Counted from the stretch's first letter, positions 1-9,179 are shown. The stretch: DNA of 64,000 nucleotides from Chloroflexota bacterium (GCA_022562155.1 JADFPV010000001.1:16508-80507); one strand, 5' to 3'. A program made the numbers and translations. Notes: generated from the sequence alone by a model not told the origin.

Positions 1-2
1 AC

Positions 3-161
3 ACCCTGAACACGATCGACCTGAACATCATCCCGGAGGGCTTTGCCCGCTCGCACGACGGCTACCGTCGCGACGCCTTCTACCGCTTTAACCAGAGCCT
101 CCAGCACTTCTTCGACACCTCGTCGAAGATCGACACGGAATTCGCGGTAGGCGCAAAGTAG
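3..161 (+). CDS. C-terminal fragment of SCP2-like protein (paralog of 37521..37958); 5' partial
   Basis: Open frame from window edge to TAG. The C-terminal ...AFYRFNQSLQHFFDTSSKIDTEF closely matches the C-terminus of the SCP2-like ORF at 37521 (LFHRYSQTLHEFFNGAAEIETEF). Confidence 0.45.
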   Translation, partial: TLNTIDLNIIPEGFARSHDGYRRDAFYRFNQSLQHFFDTSSKIDTEFAVGAK

Positions 162-285
162 CTAACAGCGGTTGACGCCGGCCTAACCCACACCTAAGTA
201 GCGGAGGCCTTCAGGCCTCCCGCCGCGCAGCAGGCGCCCACACCGACGTCTCCCCTACTGTAGGGGCGGTCATCTGGCCGCCCGG

Positions 286-312
286 TGTGCTGAACCGCAA
301 GTTCAGCCGCTA
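286..312. repeat. REP-like palindrome (gctgaaccgcaagttcagc)
   Basis: Perfect inverted repeat; member of the recurrent ctgaacc-NN-aggttcag module. Confidence 0.7.
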
Positions 313-340
313 CACTTCTCGAATGAACGTTAGGATGTAG

Positions 341-400
341 CAGAAGGCAACCTGACCGAAGGTCAGGCCTTCTGCCAAGCTGAACCGAAGGTTCAGCCAG
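341..400. repeat. Composite REP-like element (nested gcagaagg..ccttctgc / ctgaccgaaggtcag / ctgaaccgaaggttcagcc hairpins)
   Basis: Three adjacent GC-rich hairpins sharing modules with elements at 1590, 2530, 3040 and 11000. Confidence 0.7.
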
Positions 401-409
401 GATGCAGAC

Positions 410-1549
410 TTGCTAGCTAGACTCTGGCTGCTGACCAAGCGCACCGTGCAGGAGTACGGCGACGACAACTGCTCCCACATGGCGGCTGCTATCTCCTACT
501 ACGTCCTGTTCTCTATCATCCCGCTCACGATCTTCACCGTCTCGATCTTCGGGCTAATCGTCCGTGACGAGGATACGCAGCAGAACATCGCCGAGGAGAT
601 CGTCGAGTTCCTCAACGTCGAAGAGGGCGTGCCATTGCTGGAGCCAAACGAAGAAGCGATCGAACGCCTGTACGGCGCCGAGGTTGTTGGAGAGGTCCAG
701 GCCGCGATCGACGACTTCTCCGTCCCGACGATCGAAGCACTCGCTGCGCAGCTTGAGGCCGATGAGGCGATCACGCTCACCGGCATTCAGCTGACGTCCG
801 ATGAGATAACTGTCCGCGCTGACAACATCGTCACGGATACGCTCGAGGGCGTCGCGAACGTGAGTGGCGCCTTGACCGTAGTGGGCCTAGTTGGCATGGC
901 GTGGGCGGCCTCGGCGATGTTTGGCGCGATCCGCAAGTCCCTCAACATCGCCTGGGATACCGACGTCCACCGTCCTGTTGTCCAGCAAAAGCTGGTCGAC
1001 CTCAGCCTCGTGCTGGGCCTCGGTATCCTGCTCGGCGCGTCGATCGTCGGGACAGGCGCGCTCCGCACCCTGCAGGCGCTCAGCGACGATAACCTCGGGC
1101 CGCTCTCGGAAGGGTCGGGCCTGCTCTGGTCGGTGCTGCCGCTCTTGCTGCCGGCGGTCTTCACGTTCCTTGTCTTCACCCTCCTCTACCAGTACGTGCC
1201 GAACGTGCCGACGCCGTTCCGCGACATCTGGCCCGGTGCCGTGCTCGCGACGGTGCTGTTCGAGCTGCTGAAGAACCTCTTTGCGCTCTACATCGCGAAC
1301 TTCAACAACTACGCGGGCGCGTACGGCGCGCTCGGCGGCTTGCTGCTCTTCCTGCTCTGGACGTATCTCACGTCGAACATCCTGTTGATTGGCGCCGAAC
1401 TCGCCGCCGAGTACCCGCGCGTCATGCGCGGCGACTACGACAACCTGCCCAGCGGCCCATCGCGGCCCCTGACCGAGAACGTGCGTCGTGTCGTCCGCAA
1501 CCTCTTCTTCGCCCCGTTCGATGACGATGAAGATGAGCCGAATGGCTAG
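410..1549 (+). CDS. YihY/BrkB family inner membrane protein
   Basis: AAAISYYVLFSIIPL N-terminal signature; multi-TM C-terminal half; long acidic loop. Confidence 0.65.
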   Translation: MLARLWLLTKRTVQEYGDDNCSHMAAAISYYVLFSIIPLTIFTVSIFGLIVRDEDTQQNIAEEIVEFLNVEEGVPLLEPNEEAIERLYGAEVVGEVQAAIDDFSVPTIEALAAQLEADEAITLTGIQLTSDEITVRADNIVTDTLEGVANVSGALTVVGLVGMAWAASAMFGAIRKSLNIAWDTDVHRPVVQQKLVDLSLVLGLGILLGASIVGTGALRTLQALSDDNLGPLSEGSGLLWSVLPLLLPAVFTFLVFTLLYQYVPNVPTPFRDIWPGAVLATVLFELLKNLFALYIANFNNYAGAYGALGGLLLFLLWTYLTSNILLIGAELAAEYPRVMRGDYDNLPSGPSRPLTENVRRVVRNLFFAPFDDDEDEPNG

Positions 1550-1587
1550 TCCCCGCGGCAGAGCGGTGTGCTACGATCCGTTCGCAA

Positions 1588-1630
1588 AAGGCAGATGCGG
1601 GCAGCAGCTGAACCACAGGTTCAGCCGGAG
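1588..1630. repeat. REP-like element (gcagatgc...cagctgaaccacaggttcagcc)
   Basis: Same ctgaacc-NN-aggttcag palindrome module plus cagatgc module. Confidence 0.65.
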
Positions 1631-1638
1631 GGCCTCAA

Positions 1639-2523
1639 ATGGTTTCGATAGCTAAAGGTGACATCCTCGTCGGCCAGGATATCGGCGCCCACGACTTCGA
1701 GATCACACCGGAACTCGTCGCCACATACATGGTCGGCACCGACGATCCGAACCCCTGGTACACCGGCCCCTCGCCGTTCGACGCCGGCCCCAGCGGGGCC
1801 GCTGTTGCCCCGGCGCTCGTTCTGCACTCAGAGGTCTACCGATTCGGGGGCTGGTACCTGAAGAACATCTTCGGGAACCTGCACGCGAAGCAGGAGTGGG
1901 ACCTCTTCGCCCCGATGATGGTCGGCGACACCGTCACCACGCATTCGACCGTCATCGACCGCTACATCAAGCGCGGGCGTGACTACGTTGTCAACGAGGT
2001 GCAGGTCTACGGCGAAGGAGGCAGGTTGCTCAGCCGCGCTCGCACGCACCAGAGCTTCCTGCTCGACGAATCGACCGAAGGATTCGCGGTCGACAAGAGC
2101 CGCGAAAAGAAGAAACGCACGGCAGAGACAGGCGGCGGCGACTTCGTAGAGGAGATCGCGCCGCTCGAGAAGCCGGTTTCTATCGACATGTGCAAGACGT
2201 TTTCGCCGGGTGTCACCTACCATAACGATGCCGATGCCGCGAAGAAGCTTGGCTTCCCGGACATCGTCGTCCAGGGCATGATGACCGTCTGCTTTCTGTC
2301 AGAGCTGATGACACTGCGCTTCGGCGAGGGCTGGTACAGTGGCGGGCGCATGTCGGTGAACCTCGTCAACGTCCTTTGGGGCGAGGACGGCGGCGTCACA
2401 TGCAAGGGCGTCATCCGCGAGTACACGTCTGAGTCCTCGGCCCGCCGCGCCCACTGCGAGATCTGGGCCGAGAAGGCCGACGGCACGAAGGTTATCGCGG
2501 GTACCGCCAGTGCAGTGGTGTAA
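1639..2523 (+). CDS. Double hotdog-fold MaoC-like (R)-specific enoyl-CoA hydratase/dehydratase
   Basis: N-terminal MaoC-N-like region (DFEITPELVATYMVGTDDPNPWY) and C-terminal MaoC-like motif (FPDIVVQGMMTVCFLSELM). Confidence 0.5.
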   Translation: MVSIAKGDILVGQDIGAHDFEITPELVATYMVGTDDPNPWYTGPSPFDAGPSGAAVAPALVLHSEVYRFGGWYLKNIFGNLHAKQEWDLFAPMMVGDTVTTHSTVIDRYIKRGRDYVVNEVQVYGEGGRLLSRARTHQSFLLDESTEGFAVDKSREKKKRTAETGGGDFVEEIAPLEKPVSIDMCKTFSPGVTYHNDADAAKKLGFPDIVVQGMMTVCFLSELMTLRFGEGWYSGGRMSVNLVNVLWGEDGGVTCKGVIREYTSESSARRAHCEIWAEKADGTKVIAGTASAVV

Positions 2524-2527
2524 CGAA

Positions 2528-2625
2528 AAAAGCAGCAGATGCGGCAGAAGCGAAGCTTCTGCGAAACAGAGCCGCAGGCTCTGCCAGCATCTGCCAAGCT
2601 GACCGGAGGTCATCGCTGACCACCC
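2528..2625. repeat. Large composite REP-like element (nested cagatgc[ gcagaagcGAAgcttctgc / cagagccGCAggctctg ]gcatctg + caagctgaccggaggtca)
   Basis: Nested perfect hairpins, read directly. Overlaps the 5' end of the downstream GGCT gene. Confidence 0.7.
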
Positions 2626-3062
2626 CGCCCGTCTGGGTCTTCTTCTACGGCTCGTTCATCAACCTCGACGTCCTCGCCAAGGTCGACTATGTGCCCGAGC
2701 GTTACGAAGTCGCCCGGCTCGATGGCTACGACATCCGCATCCGCCCGCTCGCCAACCTCGTGCCGTCAGATCGCGATAGCGTCTATGGCATCGTCGCGCT
2801 CGCTACTCACTCCGAATTGGAGCGGCTGTATGGGCAGGACTGGGTCGGATTGTACCTACCTCATCCCGTCGTCGTTAGCGTCACGGGTGGGACCCTTCGG
2901 CCAGCCTTGACCTACATCGCGCCGGACATGAAGCCCAAACCACCGGTCGATGACTACGTCGATCGCATCATCGGACCGGCACGCCGCCTCGGCTTTCCCG
3001 ACTGGTATGTCGAGCGGCTGGAGAAGGAGCGGGCAGCAGATGCGGAGCATCTGCCAAGCTGA
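2616..3062 (+). CDS. Gamma-glutamylcyclotransferase (AIG2/GGACT-like) family protein; start uncertain
   Basis: The conserved N-terminal motif VWVFFYGSFINLDVL (the YGS.. signature of GGCT fold) is encoded in-frame upstream of the tracked start at 2691. No canonical ATG/GTG lies in that stretch; it overlaps the REP element. Confidence 0.55.
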   Translation: MTTPPVWVFFYGSFINLDVLAKVDYVPERYEVARLDGYDIRIRPLANLVPSDRDSVYGIVALATHSELERLYGQDWVGLYLPHPVVVSVTGGTLRPALTYIAPDMKPKPPVDDYVDRIIGPARRLGFPDWYVERLEKERAADAEHLPS

Positions 3063-3080
3063 ACCGTAGGTTCAGCCAGC
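3036..3080. repeat. REP-like element (cagatgcGGAgcatctg + ccaagctgaaccgtaggttcagcc)
   Basis: Same modules as 1590 and 2530. Confidence 0.7.
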
Positions 3081-3192
3081 AGCGCACGTAGCTCCTTCAC
3101 CCCACGCAGGCGTCTGGCTATACTGCGAGTCCCAGATATGTAATCAGGCCGCGCATCGATAGCGTGGCATGACAGGTTAAACGGAGGATCGC

Positions 3193-4254
3193 ATGTACAA
3201 GATTGCCGTAATCGGTGGCGATGGCATCGGCCCGGAGGTCGTCGCCGAGGGCCTGAAGGTCCTCGAAGCTGCGACCGCCAGGACCGGCGTCACGTACGAG
3301 CTGGAGCACTACGACCTGGGCGGTGAGCGCTATCTGCGCACCGGCGAGGCGCTCCCAGAGGGCATGGTCGACGAGTTGCGGGGCTTCGACGCGATCTTCC
3401 TGGGCGCCGTCGGCCACCCGGAGGTCGCCCCCGGCATCCTCGAGAAGGGGTTGCTGCTGCGCCTGCGCTTCGAGCTGGACCAGTACATCAACCTGCGCCC
3501 GGTGAAACTCTACCCCGGCGTCGAGACCCCCCTCGCCGGCAAGGGCCCGGAAGACATCGACTTCGTCGTCGTGCGCGAGAACACCGAGGGCCTCTACAGC
3601 GGCATGGGCGGTATCCAGTACAAGGGCACGCCGCAGGAGGTCTCGACGCAGATCCACATGACGACGCGCTTCGGCGCCGAGCGAGCGATCCGCTACGCGT
3701 TCGAGCTGACGCGAAAACGTGATCGCGAGAAGAAGCTGACGCTCTGCGCCAAGACCAACGTCCTCACGTTCGTTCACGACACCTGGTGGCGCGCGTTCAA
3801 CGAGGTCGGCGAGGCCGACTACCCGGACATCGAGCGCGACTACGCCCACGTCGACGCGACATCGATGTGGATGATCAAGAACCCGGAGTGGTTCGACGTC
3901 ATCGTCACCGAGAACATGTTCGGCGACATCATCACCGACATGGGCGCGATGATTCAGGGGGGCCTCGGCGTCGCCGCCGGCGGCAACATCAACCCGGACG
4001 GCGTCTCCATGTTCGAGCCGATCGGCGGCTCCGCGCCCAAGTACGCGGGCCAGAATGTCGCCTGCCCGATCGCCGCGATCTCCGCGGGCCAGATGCTGAT
4101 GGAGACGTTGGGCGAAGAAGAGACCGCCACCCGCATCGAGAGCGCCGTCGAACGCGCGCTGGCGTCTGGCAAGATCAAATCGCTCGCTGCGGGCAAGATG
4201 GGCATGTCCACCTCCGAAGTCGGCGACCTCATCGCAGGCTACGCAGGCGAGTAA
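3193..4254 (+). CDS. Isopropylmalate/isocitrate dehydrogenase superfamily enzyme, tartrate/D-malate dehydrogenase-like
   Basis: [17 protein letters not shown]-terminus; DQYINLRP; [12 protein letters not shown]; NMFGDIITD motifs. 353 aa. Confidence 0.65.
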   Translation: MYKIAVIGGDGIGPEVVAEGLKVLEAATARTGVTYELEHYDLGGERYLRTGEALPEGMVDELRGFDAIFLGAVGHPEVAPGILEKGLLLRLRFELDQYINLRPVKLYPGVETPLAGKGPEDIDFVVVRENTEGLYSGMGGIQYKGTPQEVSTQIHMTTRFGAERAIRYAFELTRKRDREKKLTLCAKTNVLTFVHDTWWRAFNEVGEADYPDIERDYAHVDATSMWMIKNPEWFDVIVTENMFGDIITDMGAMIQGGLGVAAGGNINPDGVSMFEPIGGSAPKYAGQNVACPIAAISAGQMLMETLGEEETATRIESAVERALASGKIKSLAAGKMGMSTSEVGDLIAGYAGE

Positions 4255-4306
4255 CGGCCTTCCTATCAACCCTCCCCCTTAGGGAGAAAGCCATTGGAGG
4301 TAACAA

Positions 4307-4546
4307 TTGAAAACAATGACATGTAACCAACTTGCTGGAGCTTGTGAGCAGGAATTTCATGCTGAGACGTTTGAGAAGATGGGGGAACTGAGTAGAACGC
4401 ATGCGATGGAAATGGCCGAGAAGGGCGATCAGGCGCACATCGACAAGATGGACGAGATGAAGGAACTCATGACGAAGCCCGGAGCAATGGAAGAGTGGTT
4501 CGCCGGTGCGCAGAAGGAATTTGATGCTCTACCTGAAGACAAATAG
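4307..4546 (+). CDS. DUF1059 family small protein
   Basis: 79 aa, MKTMTCNQLAGACEQEF... pattern typical of DUF1059; strong GGAGG RBS. Region visibly AT-richer than flanks. Confidence 0.45.
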   Translation: MKTMTCNQLAGACEQEFHAETFEKMGELSRTHAMEMAEKGDQAHIDKMDEMKELMTKPGAMEEWFAGAQKEFDALPEDK

Positions 4547-4560
4547 GTCTCAGCAGGTTT

Positions 4561-5006
4561 GTCCACAGGGTTCCTCCTCGCGCGGCCACTGAGCTGATCG
4601 GCGGCATCGACGAGGCGCGAGCAGGCTTAATCGCGTTCCTGCGTTCCAAAGATGCACAGGCGCTGGCCGAGCGTCCACCCTCCGGAGAGTGGTCGGTCAT
4701 CGAGAACGTGCGACATCTGCTCTTCGCGGAGCAGCTACACGTCGGCAAGTTCTTGCCTAACGGCTTCGAGTGGAACCGTGTGGGCTTGTCGGGAAGGACT
4801 GGCAAGCGGTACGCAGAGGCCGGCAAGGACGCGACCGACGACTTAAGAGGAAGTCCTCCAGGCTTGGGAAACGGTTCATCGACCGATTCGCGGAGCGGTC
4901 AGGGGAGGAGATGAGGAGGTCCAGAAAAAGCTGCGCCTCAACCTCAAGCACCTCGTGCGCCACATCGACACCATCAAGACGCTGCTCGCCGAGGCCGGCG
5001 GCTGAC
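4561..5006 (+). pseudogene. DinB/DinB_2 (DUF664) family protein, frameshifted and lacking recognisable start
   Basis: One frame gives ELIGGIDEARAGLIAFL...WSVIENVRHLLFAEQLHV... up to ~4850. The C-terminus (EEVLQAWETVHRPIRGAV...HLVRHIDTIKTLLAEAGG*) continues in another frame. No in-frame start after the upstream stop. Confidence 0.45.
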
Positions 5007-5037
5007 TCCTGGTAGCCCACGAGCCACAACCTCGTGG

Positions 5038-5066
5038 GACAGGCTGAAGCGAGGCTTCAGCCCCGC
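5038..5066. repeat. REP-like hairpin (ggctgaagcGAGgcttcagcc)
   Basis: Perfect 9-bp stem, 3-nt loop; same architecture as other REP modules. Confidence 0.6.
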
Positions 5067-6259
5067 GGCTCAGGAAGGCGTCCGCGAAGATCCTGCGGTT
5101 GGAACGGGCCCGGCTCCGCGATCAGGCGCCGCGCCGCATCGAGTTGCCCCCTGACGCCCCAGAGCAGGACACCCCGCACTCGCTCATCTTCCACGTAGTA
5201 GACAACGCCTCTCTTGTACGGCTCCTCGCTCCAGTCGCTGATGGTCTCGTGGCGAGCGTCGAGCTCCCCCACGGCCTGGTAGCCGAGGTCGAAAAAGTCG
5301 GTGTAGAAGTACGGCAGGTGGTCGTATGGCTCGCCGGCGCCCGCCATGTTTCTACCGGCCGCGCGCCCCATCACTCGCGCGTTGTCCTCGTGCTCCACCC
5401 GAACGCGGCGACCGAGCGCCGGGCTGGTGAACGCCGCGACGTCACCCGCGGCGAACACGTCAGGGTGCGACGTGCGCAGATATTCGTCGACGACGATGCC
5501 GTTCTCGACTTCAATGCCAGCCTGCTCGGCCAGTTCTGTGTTCGGAAGGAGGCCAAGGCCCGCGACCACGCCGTCGACTTCGAGTTCGCGTTCGTCGTGT
5601 TGGCCTTCGCCTTGCGCCCTCACCAAGAACTGCGCGCCGCGTTGTTCGACTCCGGTCACAAGAGTCTCGGTCAGCACCTCGACACCCTTGTCCTGGAAGT
5701 AGGTGGTGATGTGCTCCGAGAGATCACTCGGATATGCCAGGGCGCCGATGCCCGCCTCCGGGAAGATCATCGTTACCTGCTTGTCGTTCATGGCGAGCGC
5801 GGCCGCGATCTCCGACCCGATGAAACCGCCGCCAATCACGGCGAAGCGCTGACCTCGCTCAGTCTCCTCGCGCAGGCGGCGATAGTCAGCCAGCGTACGG
5901 AAGTAGTTGACGCCCTCAGCGTCGAACGGGAGGTGCCGGGGCCGACCACCGGTCGCGAGCAGGAGCTTATCGTACCCGAACTCCTCGCCATCTTCGGCGA
6001 CGACGCGCTTCTTGCCCGCGTCCAGTGTGTGGATCGTTCTGCCTGTGTGTAGCTCTGCCTGCTCGGCCGTCTTGTAGCCAATGCTCTCCAGCTTCATCTT
6101 CTTCCAGAGCCCCTTCGACAGTGGGGGCCGTCGGTAGGGGGCATCCGCTTCCTCGCTGACCACCCCGATCGATCCCTCGGCGTCGACCTCCCAGATACCT
6201 GCGACGGCCGCGTCGGCAGTCATCCCACCGCCGATGATCAGGTACTTGTAATCAGGCAT
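5057..6259 (-). CDS. FAD-dependent pyridine nucleotide-disulfide oxidoreductase (ferredoxin/rubredoxin reductase or AIF-like)
   Basis: N-terminal YLIIGGGMTADAA dinucleotide-binding motif; second Rossmann motif VIGGGFIGSEIAA; C-terminal dimerisation domain. Confidence 0.75.
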   Translation of the reverse strand: MPDYKYLIIGGGMTADAAVAGIWEVDAEGSIGVVSEEADAPYRRPPLSKGLWKKMKLESIGYKTAEQAELHTGRTIHTLDAGKKRVVAEDGEEFGYDKLLLATGGRPRHLPFDAEGVNYFRTLADYRRLREETERGQRFAVIGGGFIGSEIAAALAMNDKQVTMIFPEAGIGALAYPSDLSEHITTYFQDKGVEVLTETLVTGVEQRGAQFLVRAQGEGQHDERELEVDGVVAGLGLLPNTELAEQAGIEVENGIVVDEYLRTSHPDVFAAGDVAAFTSPALGRRVRVEHEDNARVMGRAAGRNMAGAGEPYDHLPYFYTDFFDLGYQAVGELDARHETISDWSEEPYKRGVVYYVEDERVRGVLLWGVRGQLDAARRLIAEPGPFQPQDLRGRLPEPRG

Positions 6260-6553
6260 GATGTCTAATTCCTCTTCGAGACTATGTCAGGCCGTCCGGC
6301 TCGCCGCATAGTATTGCGTGGACGAGGGCTAGGCAAGCATATTTGCCGGAGTTGTCCTCCAGATACGAAGGCGGTCCGAAAAACCCTTCCCAACCACGCA
6401 AGATACCCCTTAAGAGAGACTCGCTGGGACCCGGGTCGACTTAGGCTGGAGTTATCGATAAGCCGCGCGCTGTCGTTGTTCGTCTGGGCCCATTCAGATC
6501 AGCGCACGTAGGGCGCGCTGGTTCATCCTGAGCGAGGTAGGAGGAGGAATATC

Positions 6554-6940
6554 ATGAAGGGACTTGGCAAAGGCTCGCTGAGTGGTCTGGTGGCCATCGT
6601 TGGTGCGCTGTTTGTAATCGGAGTAGCGTGCGGCGGTTGGGGCGCTGGTAGCGATCCCTCGAAGGAGACGCCGTCTGTCGGCGTGACCGAAGTCCGCCTG
6701 GAGGACTTCGGGTTCGCGCCGGCGAACATCGTGATCGACGCCGGAACGACCGTCGCCTGGACGAATGACGACAACGTCGACCACACAGTGACGAGCGACG
6801 AAGGCGGCATATTCGACAGCTAACGCTTCGGCAAACACGGAACGTTCCGCCATACATTCGACACGCCTGGCGAATACTACTACCACTGCGAGCCACACTC
6901 CAACATGCACGGCCTCGTGACCGTGCTGCCCTTGCCGTAA
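6554..6940 (+). pseudogene. Cupredoxin (plastocyanin/amicyanin-like blue copper protein) interrupted by an in-frame TAA
   Basis: Signal/TM N-terminus; cupredoxin core VAWTNDDNVDHTVTSDEGGIFDS then TAA at 6821-6823. The same frame continues RFGKHGTFRHTFDTPGEYYYHCEPHSNMHGLVTVLP*, which carries the canonical C..H..M copper ligands. Confidence 0.6.
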
Positions 6941-7012
6941 CGAGTCGCGAGGCAGACGGGCCAGGCAATTGCTAGCTCGCACCTGCTTTCTTGGACCTCG
7001 GCTTAGGTGTGC

Positions 7013-7900
7013 TCAGTGCCGGAACCAGGGCACGAGTGCGGAGACGTGCTGCATCCGCTCGGCGTAAGCAGGCCGCCGTTGCAAGCTGCGCTTATCGAGC
7101 ATTGGGATGCTCACGATGAGGAACATGACGGTAATCGCCAGCGGGCCTGCAAGCGTCCACCACCAATCGCCGGGTCGTGCCGCAACACCGAAGAGCCAGA
7201 GGCCCCACCAGAACGAGATTTCGCCGAAGTAGTTCGGGTGGCGCGAGTGGCGCCAGAGGCCGCTGTCCATAGTCTCACCAGGTTCGCTCCTGCGGCCGAA
7301 TGCGCGCAGCTGTTCATCGGCTAGCGTTTCGATGGCTATGGCGCCCGCGGTGACGGTAACGGCAACGGCGTCGAGCCAGCCGAACGGGCGATGGCCGGCC
7401 ATAGCGGGGTAGAGCGCAAGGCAACCGAGGTACACCTGCAACGTGGGGAACAGATGGATGCCGGCGAAGCTCGCGCCCCAGTAGGCGCTGCCCGTGCTGC
7501 GTCGGATATCGGTATAGCGCCAATCCTCGTGATGCATGCCCGGCCAGCCTCGCGCCCAGTTGAACGTGAGACGCAGGCCCCACGCGGCGACGAGGGCGAG
7601 TACTAGCCAGTCTCGGGCGCCCCCATCCATGAAGTACAGGGCGATGATGGCCGGGGCAACGCTCCAATACGGATCGTACATCGACGAATTGCGCATGGTG
7701 ACGCTTGCCGCGAAGATCACTATTGTCCCGGTGAGGTCGGCCACAGCGACCACAGCGAGCGGGTACCAGTCGCGGACGGTCCAGCCGGCAGCCAGCGCCG
7801 CTGCCAGCGCGACGAGATACGCGACGACCACGACGGCAAACGCGGCCGGTCGGTTCAGTTCCCGGCCGACTTGAGGTTCAATGCTCGCGCTCACGACCAC
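7013..7900 (-). CDS. DUF1295 / steroid 5-alpha-reductase-like membrane protein
   Basis: Multi-TM; SRHPNYFGEISFWWG signature near C-terminus. Confidence 0.6.
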   Translation of the reverse strand: MVVSASIEPQVGRELNRPAAFAVVVVAYLVALAAALAAGWTVRDWYPLAVVAVADLTGTIVIFAASVTMRNSSMYDPYWSVAPAIIALYFMDGGARDWLVLALVAAWGLRLTFNWARGWPGMHHEDWRYTDIRRSTGSAYWGASFAGIHLFPTLQVYLGCLALYPAMAGHRPFGWLDAVAVTVTAGAIAIETLADEQLRAFGRRSEPGETMDSGLWRHSRHPNYFGEISFWWGLWLFGVAARPGDWWWTLAGPLAITVMFLIVSIPMLDKRSLQRRPAYAERMQHVSALVPWFRH

Positions 7901-7957
7901 ATGATACGTGACGCGTCGAGATTTCCCATGTGTAGGGGCGCATGGCCATGCGCCCAG

Positions 7958-8012
7958 CTCCCCCGGCGTCTATCCGCCGTCGGCGGAGGAGAGCGTAGCC
8001 CTACCGCATCAC
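7958..8012. repeat. Direct repeat copy A (ccggcgtcTATCCGCCGTCGGCGGAGGAGAgcGTaGCCCTACCGCA)
   Basis: ~47/52 identical to copy B at 9330..9385. Together they bracket the methyltransferase gene. Contains internal palindrome ccgccgtcggcgg. Confidence 0.7.
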
Positions 8013-8072
8013 TCGCCGCTCGCGTAAACACACTATGCTAAAGTCCGTCAACCACAGCAGGAGGGGGCGAGC

Positions 8073-9143
8073 ATGATTCTACGTATCGCAGCAGTCGGAG
8101 TTGTCTTCGCGCTCATCGCGGCTGCCCTGCGTAAAACGAGTTGGTACAGAACCAAGACCGCGTTTATCGGGTTGAAGCGTCTAGCAACGCTGTCCGAGGA
8201 GGACAAGCAAGCTGCTATCGACGGGTATAAATTCCTTCAACGAATGCAAGACGGTGAGAAGACCGAGACCGAGGATGAGACGAAAGCGGTCGCGGACTAT
8301 TACAAGGTCTTGAACAACGTGTTGTCGGTCTTCGATTTGGAGAAACTCTACCTCCCTCCATTGCTGAACGAATTTGAGGGTTTGTATGAGAATCAGTTGT
8401 TATGCGAACAAGCTGTGTTGCAGGAACTGAATCTAACGAACCCTGAAACGTCCCATCTATTGGATATGGGGTGCGGGAGAGGAAGAATTTCGCATTACCT
8501 CGCCACGCTGACCGGTGGCCAGGTATCCGGCTATAACATCGATCCGAATCAGATTGAAAACGCGATCGGCTGGGCCGCTGAATGTGGAATGAGCGATCGG
8601 CTCCACTTCAAAGTGGGCAATCATCACAATCCGCTTGAGTACGAATCAGGTACCTTCGATGGATGCTTTTCCTTCCAGGCCGTCTGGCCCTTCTTCAAGA
8701 AGGAGGAGCTGGATGACCATGCGAGAGAGATGTATCGCGTGTTGAAACCCGGAGCTCGATACTCTTGTTCTGAGTATTTGTTGACCCCTCATTTTGATTG
8801 GAACAACGAAGAGCATGTAACGCTTCAGAAAGCCTACCTTCCAACTCTGGCGGCCACTCAATCGATGTATCCAGCCGATGTCTGCGCCGCGTTGGAACGA
8901 GCGGGATTCAACATTCTCATTTCGGCGCCTTCGAGAGGCCCAGCCTGGCCGCTAGGCGAGCAGAAGCGCGATCTGATCTTGAGGGGCCGCAAAGTGGTCA
9001 GAGGCCTTGAGTCGATTCGCATGATGCCGCCATGGGTCGAAGAATTGCTCGAGCTACTTCAAACAGGTGGCCAGGCTTGGACGGATGCCGAAAAAGCTAA
9101 AATCGCCGATCTGAACTGGAGAATCGTCGCGGAGAAAGAATGA
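8073..9143 (+). CDS. Membrane-anchored class I SAM-dependent methyltransferase, sterol C-24 methyltransferase (ERG6/SMT)-like
   Basis: N-terminal TM helix. Motif I LLDMGCGRGRIS. FDGCFSFQAVWPF / MYRVLKPGARY / TPHFDWNNEEH regions parallel the ERG6 regions FDKVYAIEATCHAP / IYKVLKPGG / YDENNPEH (recalled from memory), but the YEYGWG sterol-binding motif is not conserved. Low-GC codon usage; strong RBS aggaggggg. Confidence 0.6.
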   Translation: MILRIAAVGVVFALIAAALRKTSWYRTKTAFIGLKRLATLSEEDKQAAIDGYKFLQRMQDGEKTETEDETKAVADYYKVLNNVLSVFDLEKLYLPPLLNEFEGLYENQLLCEQAVLQELNLTNPETSHLLDMGCGRGRISHYLATLTGGQVSGYNIDPNQIENAIGWAAECGMSDRLHFKVGNHHNPLEYESGTFDGCFSFQAVWPFFKKEELDDHAREMYRVLKPGARYSCSEYLLTPHFDWNNEEHVTLQKAYLPTLAATQSMYPADVCAALERAGFNILISAPSRGPAWPLGEQKRDLILRGRKVVRGLESIRMMPPWVEELLELLQTGGQAWTDAEKAKIADLNWRIVAEKE

Positions 9144-9179
9144 TCGTGTACGGTAAGGCAGCCAGCAAAGTCCAAGCTT

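Noticed and set aside
3118-4269. 383-aa minus-strand ORF
   Set aside because: Entirely antisense to the well-supported dehydrogenase gene (3193..4254). Arg/Ala/Gly-rich, typical high-GC antisense artefact.
6821-6823. Programmed readthrough of the cupredoxin TAA
   Set aside because: TAA is the least leaky stop and nothing suggests a recoding signal. Nonsense mutation or sequence error is more parsimonious.
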